Position numbers and translations under genes: made by a program
Shown: in pieces, positions 56,322 through 64,000 of the stretch
Layout of the letters: each line of letters begins with the position of its first letter
How positions within the stretch are numbered: the stretch's first letter is position 1
Notes under the pieces: model-generated
The model's database searches: none
The model's input: only the letters and a program-made list of their open reading frames with translations
What the model was told of the DNA's origin: nothing
Assembly (NCBI GenBank): GCA_049586635.1
Contig: JBAVCK010000164.1
Span: 11,128 to 75,127 of the forward strand
DNA from: Candidatus Bathyarchaeia archaeon
GTDB taxonomy: Archaea > Thermoproteota > Bathyarchaeia > 40CM-2-53-6
Reading direction: 5' to 3'
Length of the DNA: 64,000 nt

Positions 56322-58516
56322 GGCTCCAGAATCCCCTGCAGCGAATCCATGTATGCTTCGCGGAGCGTCTCTAACGAAAAATCCAGTCGGCTGTAGCCCA
56401 GCCCGAAGTGCAGTGAGTCACCCCCAACTGTGCCTGCAACAATCGCGGGAACATTCGCCCTCGATAGTGTTTCTGAAACATGAGAAGGATTCTTGGTAGT
56501 TATGATGAACCTTGAATTCGTCTCGGAGAACAAGAGTTCGTCGGAATGCATCTTCTTGGCGTAGAGGGGTGCGCAATCGACTGATGCCCCCCTGCCGCCA
56601 GCGATAGCCATCTCAGCGACGGCAACTCCTAAGCCGCCTTTTGAAATATCATGGCAGGCGGAGACAAGACCGTTTCTTATGCATTCTAGGACACTTCTCT
56701 GAGTGCGAACTTCAAGTTCGAAATCTAATGAGGGAGGTTCCTTGCCGACGCATCCTAAGGTGTGATAGTATTCTGACCCACCCAGCTCAGGTTTCGTTTC
56801 GCCCACAATGATTACGACCTCGCCATCATCTCTGAACCCCATTTTAGTGAGACGGTTGGCCTTCTCAATCAGACCAAGTACGCTGATGACCGGAGATGAT
56901 TTGATCGCCTTGCGGTTTTGTTCCTCCTGGTTGTAGAAACTGACTTTGCCGCCGACACATGGCAAGGGATAGGCTCTAGCGAAGTCAGCTATGCCTTCGA
57001 TTGCCCTTGAGAACGCCCAGAATATCTCCTCGTCATTGGGGTCACCGAACTGGCAGTGGTCGAGGAAAGCTACTGGTTCCGCTCCCACAGCCACAACATT
57101 GCGACAGCATTCAGCCAGAACACCAGCGGCACCAACGTACGGGTCCAAGTCGCAGAACCGTGCATTTCCGTCAACCTTAACGGCAGCGTATTTTCCGTTG
57201 GGCAGTTTCAGCGCGGCCGCGTCCGCCTCTCCGGGTTTTGCTATAGTTCCGATTCCGACTTCATGGTCATACTGCCGGAACACCCAATCCTTGCTCGCAA
57301 TCGTGGGTGCAGCCAATACGCCCAAAAGGCTCTTTCCAAGATCGCTGGAATGCGCAGGTGCTGGTTCAAGGTTTCGTAGACGTGGCATGCGACCCTTTCG
57401 GCGGATTGTTGGCGCGTTTGCGAGTAGAGGTGTGGAAAGGTTCGCGAGTTGTTCCTTAAGGCGAAAAACCATGATTCTGCCGGTTGATGTGACCTCGCCT
57501 ATGCGGGCACTACCCACACCATACTTCCGGACGATGCCATCCAAAGCTCCGTCAGAACCCTCTTTGACGACAAAGAGCATTCTTTCTTGGGATTCTGAGA
57601 TCAAGATCTCGATCGGGGTCATGTCGGCTTCTCGAATAGGGACCTTCTCCAGGTACACGTTGAGGCCCGTGCCGCCTTTGTCGGCTATTTCAGAGAGACC
57701 TGTCGCTAAGCCGCCCCCACCCAGATCCTTACAGCCCCTGAGAATCCTAGCACGGGCAGCTTCCAGTGACACTTCGATGATCAGTTTCTTTGTGAAAGGG
57801 TCCGGTATCTGAACGGCTGACCTATCTTGATCTGGGTCCGCTCCGAGGCTTCTGGACGCGAATGTTGATCCGTGAATTCCGTCTCGGCCTGTGCAACCGC
57901 CAATCAGATAGACACCGTCACCAATGTGGGTTGCCTGGGCCAACAGGAGTTCTTCTTTTCTTCCAACTCCCAGGCAGGCTACATCCACTAGACAGTTTCT
58001 TTCAAAGCAAATATCAAATTCGAGCTCGCCGGCGACTGTTGGCACACCGATGCAGTTACCGTAATCAGCAATTCCCCGAACCACATTCTTCATGATCCAC
58101 TTTGAATGATCACTCTCGGCTATCTCACCGAACTTCAGAGCGTCGAGGAATGCGATCGGCGTCGTGCCCATGCAGAGAATGTCACGAACAACGCCACCTA
58201 TTCCCGTGGCCGCCCCCCCGTAAGGATCGATAGCGCTAGGATGATTGTGGCTCTCAATGTGCATCGTTACAACATAACCGTCACCAATGTCGACAACGCC
58301 TGAGTCATATCCAGGCCCAACCAGCACGTTGCTACCCGATGTCGGAAGCGTCGCGAGCATGTGTTTTGATGATTTGTAACTGCAGTGCTCGCTCCATTCA
58401 GCGTCTATCATAGCCCATTCGAGGCCGTTCGGCTCCCTTCCCAGTTGGCGGCGCGCGAACTCCATCTCCTCCGGCGTAAGTGTAGTTTCCAATTCGCCTA
58501 CTAGCATCTGACCCAC
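56318..58516 (-). CDS. purL: phosphoribosylformylglycinamidine synthase subunit PurL
   Basis: EWSEHCSYKSSK, ESHNHPSAIDPYGGAATGIGGVVRD, 732 aa. Confidence 0.9.
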   Translation of the reverse strand: MGQMLVGELETTLTPEEMEFARRQLGREPNGLEWAMIDAEWSEHCSYKSSKHMLATLPTSGSNVLVGPGYDSGVVDIGDGYVVTMHIESHNHPSAIDPYGGAATGIGGVVRDILCMGTTPIAFLDALKFGEIAESDHSKWIMKNVVRGIADYGNCIGVPTVAGELEFDICFERNCLVDVACLGVGRKEELLLAQATHIGDGVYLIGGCTGRDGIHGSTFASRSLGADPDQDRSAVQIPDPFTKKLIIEVSLEAARARILRGCKDLGGGGLATGLSEIADKGGTGLNVYLEKVPIREADMTPIEILISESQERMLFVVKEGSDGALDGIVRKYGVGSARIGEVTSTGRIMVFRLKEQLANLSTPLLANAPTIRRKGRMPRLRNLEPAPAHSSDLGKSLLGVLAAPTIASKDWVFRQYDHEVGIGTIAKPGEADAAALKLPNGKYAAVKVDGNARFCDLDPYVGAAGVLAECCRNVVAVGAEPVAFLDHCQFGDPNDEEIFWAFSRAIEGIADFARAYPLPCVGGKVSFYNQEEQNRKAIKSSPVISVLGLIEKANRLTKMGFRDDGEVVIIVGETKPELGGSEYYHTLGCVGKEPPSLDFELEVRTQRSVLECIRNGLVSACHDISKGGLGVAVAEMAIAGGRGASVDCAPLYAKKMHSDELLFSETNSRFIITTKNPSHVSETLSRANVPAIVAGTVGGDSLHFGLGYSRLDFSLETLREAYMDSLQGILEP

Positions 58517-59169
58517 TCTACCATTGACTCGAAAACTCTCAACCCATCCGTTCCACCAAGTGCGGGGTCACTTGCCCGCTCCGGATGGGGCATCATGCCA
58601 ACGACGTTTCCTTCTTTGTTAGAGAGTGAAGCTATGCTGCGGGACGTTCCCGTAGGGTTCTCGCCAGCATATGTCATGACAACCATCCCTTCGCTTGCCA
58701 AACGGTCAAGGACTTCGTCTTCAGCAAAGAAACGCCCCTCATTGTGGGCTATGGGCATCCTGATCTGCGGAATTCCTTCAAACAAGTTGGTGAATGCTGT
58801 CCGGCTACTCTCTACGTGCAGGTTCATCCACTTGCACACGAACTTCAACGATGAATTACGCAACAGTGCCCCCGGAATGAGGCCAGCTTCAATCAGGATT
58901 TGGAAGCCGTTGCAAATGCCAATAACCGGTCTTCCATCTTCAGCCATTTTCCTTATCGCGTCGATTGCGGGTGAGTGGGCTGCGATAATGCCTGCTCTCA
59001 GGTGGTCGCCGAAGCTGAACCCGCCTGGTAGAACCGCGGCATCATATGATGAATCATTGAAATCGTTGTGCCAAATGAGGTCCGCATCGAGACTCAGCAC
59101 GTTCCTGAGAACGTGTAGAGTGTCACGGTCACAGTTGCTTCCCGGAAACTGAATTACCGCGACCTTCAA
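58501..59169 (-). CDS. purQ: phosphoribosylformylglycinamidine synthase glutaminase subunit PurQ
   Basis: VAVIQFPGSNCDRD, catalytic GICNGFQ, MPHPER. Confidence 0.9.
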   Translation of the reverse strand: MKVAVIQFPGSNCDRDTLHVLRNVLSLDADLIWHNDFNDSSYDAAVLPGGFSFGDHLRAGIIAAHSPAIDAIRKMAEDGRPVIGICNGFQILIEAGLIPGALLRNSSLKFVCKWMNLHVESSRTAFTNLFEGIPQIRMPIAHNEGRFFAEDEVLDRLASEGMVVMTYAGENPTGTSRSIASLSNKEGNVVGMMPHPERASDPALGGTDGLRVFESMVEWVRC

Positions 59170-59171
59170 GT

Positions 59172-59432
59172 CTATTGTCTAACTCTCACATTTAATGCGT
59201 GCGCGACTGGGTTGTACAGTCTCAGGTCGTTGCACATTTGGAGGGCTTTGTTCCTTGCCTCGTCCTCGGTTGATGCTTCGACCTTAACCATTAGCAGTTT
59301 GCCTGTCCGGACTTCCTTCACTGAATGGAATCCTTCCTTGTGGATTAGGTCACGTTCTATGGTCTCCCCCTCAGGGTCTCGGGCCCGTGGCTTGTTGGAT
59401 ATGACTATCTCAACTGAGAATGCTTGTTCCAC
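59172..59432 (-). CDS. purS: phosphoribosylformylglycinamidine synthase subunit PurS
   Basis: 86 aa; VEIVISNKPRARDPEGETIERDL...VRTGKLLMVKVE pattern. Confidence 0.85.
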   Translation of the reverse strand: MEQAFSVEIVISNKPRARDPEGETIERDLIHKEGFHSVKEVRTGKLLMVKVEASTEDEARNKALQMCNDLRLYNPVAHALNVRVRQ

Positions 59433-60138
59433 TACAAACTCTCCTGAAGGGTTCCATGTACCCTAGCTCGAAAACTCCAGGCAGATCCTTGCGGTACCTG
59501 TCCTTGTCCAAGATTTCCTTAGTCTCTTTGTCCCAAAGCCTCCAAGAATCTGGGCTTAGTTCATCACCGACCAAGAGTTTGCCGTTGGCATCCCGCCCGA
59601 ATTCGAGTTTGAAGTCCACGAGAATTGCTCCTCTTTCATCGAAGAACTTCTCTAGGACGGTCGCGGCCTTCAGTGTGACCTGCTTGATTTCTTCAATTTC
59701 GTCATCGTTGGCAAGTTGGAGGAGCTTGAGATGCTGGTCAGTTAGCATTGGATCGTGGAGCGAGTCATCTTTCAAGTAGAACTCAACAATAGGAAACGGG
59801 AGCTTGTCGCCGTTCTTGAAGAGCTTTCCAATACCTATGAAGTGGCCGGCGGCGCGAATTCTGCAAACAACTTCTACTGGTATCATTTCCAGCTTCGTAA
59901 CGAGGAGACGAACATCGTCAAGTTGCTTGAGAAGGTGATTTGGAATTTGATGTTCCGTGAAAACTCCGTAGAGTTTCGCGGTTATCGCCGCATTAATCTT
60001 GCCTTTTCCGGGAAGAATATCGTGCTTTTTGCCGTCACTGGCAGTAACATCGTCCCGAAAGGTTAGAATCGCTTGGTTAGGTTGGTCGGCAGGCGAAACA
60101 GTCTTCGTTTTACCTGACGAAAGGATAGAAACTGACAT
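59410..60138 (-). CDS. purC: phosphoribosylaminoimidazole-succinocarboxamide (SAICAR) synthase
   Basis: SGKTKTV, IPVEVVCRIRAAGHF, LVDFKLEFG, DSWRLWD. Confidence 0.9.
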   Translation of the reverse strand: MSVSILSSGKTKTVSPADQPNQAILTFRDDVTASDGKKHDILPGKGKINAAITAKLYGVFTEHQIPNHLLKQLDDVRLLVTKLEMIPVEVVCRIRAAGHFIGIGKLFKNGDKLPFPIVEFYLKDDSLHDPMLTDQHLKLLQLANDDEIEEIKQVTLKAATVLEKFFDERGAILVDFKLEFGRDANGKLLVGDELSPDSWRLWDKETKEILDKDRYRKDLPGVFELGYMEPFRRVCSGTSILS

Positions 60139-60170
60139 GTTTTGTTAATATTCACGTGAACGTAAAAGCC

Positions 60171-60178
60171 ATTTTTAA
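60171..60178 (-). promoter_or_regulatory. candidate TATA box for purC-purM transcription unit
   Basis: Minus-strand TTAAAAAT lies 32 nt upstream of the purC ATG (60138), in the 214-nt purH-purC spacer. Confidence 0.3.
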
Positions 60179-60352
60179 CACGATTGTGTTTCCTTCTTCG
60201 GATTCGTTCTGCTAGAGACTGACGGTTGGCGGAGTCTTTGATTCACATGTGTCAACGCGTAGAGCTAGGCCGCCTAAGGTGATTTTGTTATCGTGATGTT
60301 GAAAGATGATGCCAGTGTTCCACTGGAAATCCGTCCGCTTCGTTCTCACTTT

Positions 60353-61942
60353 CTAGTGCGCGAAGTGCCTTATGCCGGTGAACTGCATCGCCATTCCGAA
60401 CTCGTCTGCTGCCCGTATTACTTCGGGGTCGCGTATCGAACCGCCAGGTTGAATGATTGCAGTTACCCCTGCTTTGCCCATCAAGTCAACGGAGTCCCTG
60501 AATGGAAGGAAGGCGTCCGATGCCATAACGGTTCCCTTAACATTTAGCCCCGCGTCCTGCGCTTTCATCAGTGCGATTTTACACGAGTCAACTCTGCTCA
60601 TTTGTCCTGCTCCCACTCCGACAAGTTGCTCTGGTGTGGATAGTACAATGGCGTTCGACTTGACATGCTTCACAATTTTCCACGCAAACAGAAGGGCATC
60701 CAACTCGCTAGGAGTCGGCTGCCGTTTCGTTACGGTTTTCCGGTTTTGTTCGTCAATAAGTTGTTCATCCTGGTCTTGGTAAAGGATGCCGCCGTGGATC
60801 CAACGAAAGTTTTTCTGGGTTCCCGATTCCTTCCTGTTAGCATTCAATTGCCCTGAAATGTCAAGAATGCGTCGATTCTTCTTTGCCGAAAGAACACGCA
60901 GGGCCTCATCTTCGAACCCTGGCGCTAGAACCAGCTCGACAAACTTGTCGCTGAGCAGATTGGCAGTTTCAATGTCGACTGACCTTGTGAATGAGTAAAC
61001 CCCGCCAAAGGATGAGACAGGGTCAGTTTCCAAAGCCTTGCGGCATGATTCCGCCAGTGTCTTCCCTTTTCCAACGCCACAAGGGTTCGTGTGTTTGATT
61101 ATGGCTGTGGCAACGATGCCCCCGAGTTCGGCTACCAAGCTGTAAGCAGCGTCGGCGTCGAGTATGTTTGTGTAGCTTAGCTCTTTCTCGCCCGCTACCA
61201 TGAGGGAGGAAGCTATGCAATCGTTCTCGTATCGGTTGCGGTAGACTGCAGCCTTCTGGTGCGGATTCTCACCGTAGCGTAAGTCATGGATTTTCTCGAA
61301 ATTCAATACTAGGCTTCTAGGGGCGGGCCATTCGCTGCGCACACCATTCCGCGCTCTGGTTTGGAAGAATGATGAAATCGCGGCATCATAGGCTGCTGTG
61401 CGTTCGAAAGCCTTGAGCATTAACTGCGAGCTAGTCTTCTCAGAGAGATTTCCATTGTTGCCCCTGAGTTCGGCGAGAACTTGCAAATAATCAGCCGGGT
61501 CGGTTACTACAGCCACACTCTGATAGTTCTTCGCAGCTGCCCGAATCATTGTAGGGCCACCAATGTCGATGTTTTCCAAGGCATTGTCCAAGCTAGGCGA
61601 TTGTGCCGCGACTTTCTCGAACGGATATAGGTTCACGACAACCATATCGATCGGCATGATTCCCAGCTTGTCGATGGTTTCGCGGTCGTTTGCCATGCCA
61701 CGTCTGAAGAGTAAGCCAGCGTGAATTTTCGGATGTAGGCTCTTAACGCGGCCATCTAGAATTTCGGGAAAGCCGGTGTAATCTGCAATATCACGAACTG
61801 CAATTCCTTTTTCAGACAGCAATTTTCCTGTCCCGCCTGTTGACATCAATTCCACTCCTAACTCGCGGAGCCCGCGAGCGAAATCAACAATACCCGTCTT
61901 ATCGTAAACGCTCAGTAGGGTGGTCTTTATACTCAAGGCCAT
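60353..61942 (-). CDS. purH: bifunctional AICAR transformylase / IMP cyclohydrolase (bacterial-type PurH)
   Basis: N-terminal ALLSVYDKTGIVDFARGL...STGGT (MGS-like IMPCH), GGILYQDQD, C-terminal IIQPGGSIRD...FTGIRHFAH. Confidence 0.9.
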   Translation of the reverse strand: MALSIKTTLLSVYDKTGIVDFARGLRELGVELMSTGGTGKLLSEKGIAVRDIADYTGFPEILDGRVKSLHPKIHAGLLFRRGMANDRETIDKLGIMPIDMVVVNLYPFEKVAAQSPSLDNALENIDIGGPTMIRAAAKNYQSVAVVTDPADYLQVLAELRGNNGNLSEKTSSQLMLKAFERTAAYDAAISSFFQTRARNGVRSEWPAPRSLVLNFEKIHDLRYGENPHQKAAVYRNRYENDCIASSLMVAGEKELSYTNILDADAAYSLVAELGGIVATAIIKHTNPCGVGKGKTLAESCRKALETDPVSSFGGVYSFTRSVDIETANLLSDKFVELVLAPGFEDEALRVLSAKKNRRILDISGQLNANRKESGTQKNFRWIHGGILYQDQDEQLIDEQNRKTVTKRQPTPSELDALLFAWKIVKHVKSNAIVLSTPEQLVGVGAGQMSRVDSCKIALMKAQDAGLNVKGTVMASDAFLPFRDSVDLMGKAGVTAIIQPGGSIRDPEVIRAADEFGMAMQFTGIRHFAH

Positions 61943-62042
61943 ACTCGGTCTGCGCGATGAATGGTAGCCGCTAAACTTAGCTTTTCTTTATCCGCGCGAA
62001 ACTGGCCGCTCTGACCATCGAACATTCTGTCCGAGCTGCACT

Positions 62043-62723
62043 TCATGATGCAAGGAACTTGAATGCATAGTATAAGTTCCTGATGCGCATCCCGAAACTA
62101 AATTTGGTTGTTCCTTTGCGCAACCTAAAGCCAACCGGAATCTCTTGTACCCGGAGGCCTTCTTTGAAGAGTGTGACGAACAGTTCCAATTCAATTTCGA
62201 ATCCCGTTGAATGAATTTCGGGGTAGATTCGCTGAACAGAATTCCTAGTGAATACCCAGTACCCGGTTTGGACATCTGTAAACAGGCGCCGGAACTTGGC
62301 CCCGAGCAAGAATGAAACCGTGACATTGGATGCGAGGCTTATCAAGGGCATCGAATGATCTTCCCTAGGACCACGGGTCCTCGAACCTAGAACCACGTCT
62401 GCCTCATCGTTCTCGATGATTGTCATCATCTTTGTGAGCCACGACGGGTCGTTCGTCCCGTCACCGTCTATGATACAAAGTACCTTGGCTGTGCTTTGGA
62501 GGAAATCTCTCATGGCGGTTCGGATGCCGCACCCCTTGCCTTTGCCGAAATCCTGTATGACGACTTTGACGCCGGCTTTTTCTGCAATTTCTTTCGTTCG
62601 GTCAGTGCTTTTACCATCGACCACGATTATTTTCTCGAAACCGCATGCGCGTGATTCAGCCAGTAGTCCTTCAATCGCGTCTTCTTCGTTAAGAGTTGGG
62701 ATCACGAGGAGCGTTTCTGACAT
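62043..62723 (-). CDS. family-2 glycosyltransferase (dolichyl-phosphate sugar synthase-like)
   Basis: LLVIPTLNEEDAIEGLL, IIVVDGKSTDRT, IDGDGT (DxD); ORF opens at 62807, but the ATG at 62723 gives the canonical GT2 N-terminus. Confidence 0.8.
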   Translation of the reverse strand: MSETLLVIPTLNEEDAIEGLLAESRACGFEKIIVVDGKSTDRTKEIAEKAGVKVVIQDFGKGKGCGIRTAMRDFLQSTAKVLCIIDGDGTNDPSWLTKMMTIIENDEADVVLGSRTRGPREDHSMPLISLASNVTVSFLLGAKFRRLFTDVQTGYWVFTRNSVQRIYPEIHSTGFEIELELFVTLFKEGLRVQEIPVGFRLRKGTTKFSFGMRIRNLYYAFKFLAS

Positions 62724-62745
62724 GAGGCTTGGGTTAGCTTTTTGA

Positions 62746-63426
62746 GTGATGGGTCGTGGATTTGCTAGGGCGGGATTGCCAGCCATGCGTGCCACAAACA
62801 TTCTCATTCTGATTTGCGTTCTGGTGACTCTTTACGCCTGGACTGCGATGAGTCCCGCTGATGTGGATCGTTACCTTGCTTTCAGCCTTACTAATCTGCA
62901 AGAGGGAAGAGTTTGGACGCTCGTTACAGCGATCTTCGTCCACGCCAGTATACTTCACATGCTGGGAAACATGATTTTCCTGTACGTTTTCGGAAATACG
63001 TTGGAGAGTGTGACAAACTCCAAAGGAAAGATGCTTACTGCTTTCTTCCTCGGGGGCATACTTAGTTTTCCGTTGAGTATCCCTTTCTTTCCGCCTGGTA
63101 CAAGTTTCGTCGGTGCTTCTGCGGCAATCTTCACCTTAACCAGCGTTGTAATGTTGATGAAACCTTTGAGGTGGTCTTGGCTCCTGTTCATGCCTGTGGG
63201 GTTGGTTGCCATACTATACTTCCTTTACAACGGGTTGGCGGTCTACTACCAACAGCAGAGTAATGTAGCCTACGTATCGCACATCATCGGGTTCTCACTC
63301 GGGCTACCACTCGGCATAGCTTGGAGCGCTCAGTGGAAGAGAAACTTGTTGATTTCGATCGGGTTGCTCGCTGTATATTTCGTCTTGCTTTACTTCGTCA
63401 CGCATTACATTCTTCCGTCGCTCTAG
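62746..63426 (+). CDS. rhomboid-family intramembrane serine protease
   Basis: HASILHMLGNMIFLYVFG, catalytic GASAAIF (GxSxxxF) and HIIGFSLG (His). Confidence 0.8.
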   Translation: MMGRGFARAGLPAMRATNILILICVLVTLYAWTAMSPADVDRYLAFSLTNLQEGRVWTLVTAIFVHASILHMLGNMIFLYVFGNTLESVTNSKGKMLTAFFLGGILSFPLSIPFFPPGTSFVGASAAIFTLTSVVMLMKPLRWSWLLFMPVGLVAILYFLYNGLAVYYQQQSNVAYVSHIIGFSLGLPLGIAWSAQWKRNLLISIGLLAVYFVLLYFVTHYILPSL

Positions 63427-63456
63427 GAAGTCATAGCCCGAACGGTGGAAGCGTTC

Positions 63457-64000
63457 TCAGACTGATTTCAGGTATCCTTTTGAAACGAGCCATTCTTCGA
63501 CTGCTATTGAGACTAACTCTTCTTCTGAGATATCGCGTTCTTCAGCCGCTTGATTAAGGGCCCGCCCGATTCTGGGCGCAAAATAGACTTTGATCGAGAC
63601 CCCAGTTTGTTTCGCCAGGGCTTCTTCTTTGATTGCTTCTATCGTTTTCTCAGGGAACATTTTGAAACGATCAACAACCTTACGGGCATCCTCTTCGGGT
63701 AGGGGGGCGATCGCTCTAACTATCTCTGGCACCTTACGATCAAAATCTCGGCTCGAAAGCCTTCTCACCTCAGCCGTTTTCAAAGCGCGAGCGACTAGTT
63801 CAGTGTGCGCTAGCGGGATTGCTTCCGCGCGTCTCCTCTGCTCGTCCGACGGAGCTCTTGCAGCATGGATGTTCATCCCCTTAGCTCTGAGTTTGAAGGT
63901 GAGCTCGTACGCATCCAGCAGCTCGCGGATTGAGTTCTCGGATCGACCGATCACTTTTGCAACAGCCTTCGCGCTTGCAAACCGCTTCGGATCGAGTTTC
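63457..64000 (-). CDS. hypothetical HTH-containing protein with RHH-like C-terminus (5' end outside window)
   Basis: Frame open to the window edge; SAKAVAKVIGRSENSIRELL resembles a ParB-type HTH; C-terminal KVYFAPRIGRALNQAAEERDISEEELVSIAVEEWL resembles a ribbon-helix-helix. Confidence 0.4.
   Translation of the reverse strand, partial: KLDPKRFASAKAVAKVIGRSENSIRELLDAYELTFKLRAKGMNIHAARAPSDEQRRRAEAIPLAHTELVARALKTAEVRRLSSRDFDRKVPEIVRAIAPLPEEDARKVVDRFKMFPEKTIEAIKEEALAKQTGVSIKVYFAPRIGRALNQAAEERDISEEELVSIAVEEWLVSKGYLKSV

Noticed and set aside
56991-57812. 273-aa ORF on the plus strand
   Set aside because: It lies entirely antisense to purL, whose translation carries unmistakable PurL motifs. Its own translation is Ser/Pro/Ala/Arg-rich, typical of a shadow frame.
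58595-59152. 185-aa plus-strand ORF
   Set aside because: It is antisense to purQ, which has the catalytic GICNGFQ and MPHPER motifs. This is a shadow ORF.
60312-60326. Hairpin CCAGTG-ttc-CACTGG about 27 nt downstream of the purH stop
   Set aside because: The stem is only 6 bp and no T-tract follows on the transcribed strand. That is too weak to call a terminator.
61988-62326. 112-aa minus-strand ORF overlapping the 3' part of the GT2 gene in another frame
   Set aside because: The GT2 frame carries the family motifs. This is an alternative-frame artefact.
1-64000. Scan for tRNA/rRNA genes, CRISPR repeats, transposases/integrases and known defence-system domains
   Set aside because: I found none by eye. 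Intergenic regions are short and lack tRNA-like acceptor or T-arm patterns or spaced direct repeats. A tRNAscan, Rfam or CRISPR-finder run would be needed to be certain.

Overview
Dense, mostly housekeeping chromosomal segment of about 50% GC with roughly 74 protein-coding genes. It looks archaeal: it carries an Alba chromatin protein, a thiolase plus DUF35 pair, F420-linked enzymes (an LLM oxidoreductase and an FrhB-like protein), TATA-box-like promoters and membrane-anchored multi-domain blue-copper proteins. A Nitrososphaeria/Thaumarchaeota-like organism is my inference only. I recognised no rRNA, tRNA, CRISPR array or mobile element by eye.

Main blocks:
- 1-8 kb: lipoylation genes (lpd 3' end, lipB), arsC, moaA, albA, ppa and a cupredoxin protein.
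- 9-28 kb: acyl-CoA and amino-group metabolism. This includes two class-III aminotransferases, an internally deleted aldehyde dehydrogenase, thiolase/DUF35, an SDR, two crotonases and an orphan di-iron protein. pyrD and an FrhB-like protein with membrane partners also sit here.
- 28.5-35.9 kb: a tightly packed eight-gene heme operon, described below.
- 38-48 kb: serS, class II RNR, a preQ0/archaeosine precursor cluster (queC, queD, folE) and mpg.
- 48.8-51.3 kb: an ABC-2 exporter.
- 51.3-61.9 kb: a ten-gene purine operon, purH then purC-S-Q-L-F-D-N-E-M.
- 62-64 kb: a GT2 glycosyltransferase, a rhomboid protease and a partial HTH gene at the right edge.

The most interesting locus is the heme operon. 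It runs AhbD/NirJ-like radical-SAM/SPASM, TetR, hemC, hemD, hemB, chdC (HemQ-like), hemE, hemH. This is a coproporphyrin-route gene set in an apparent archaeon. It has no coproporphyrinogen oxidase, and a 21-bp palindrome sits over the predicted promoter.

Three gene-integrity anomalies are visible directly in the sequence:
- The ALDH has an internal deletion plus a frameshift.
- purM has no in-frame canonical start after purE.
- The conserved N-terminus of queD lies upstream of any canonical start codon.

These could be real biology or assembly/sequencing artefacts.
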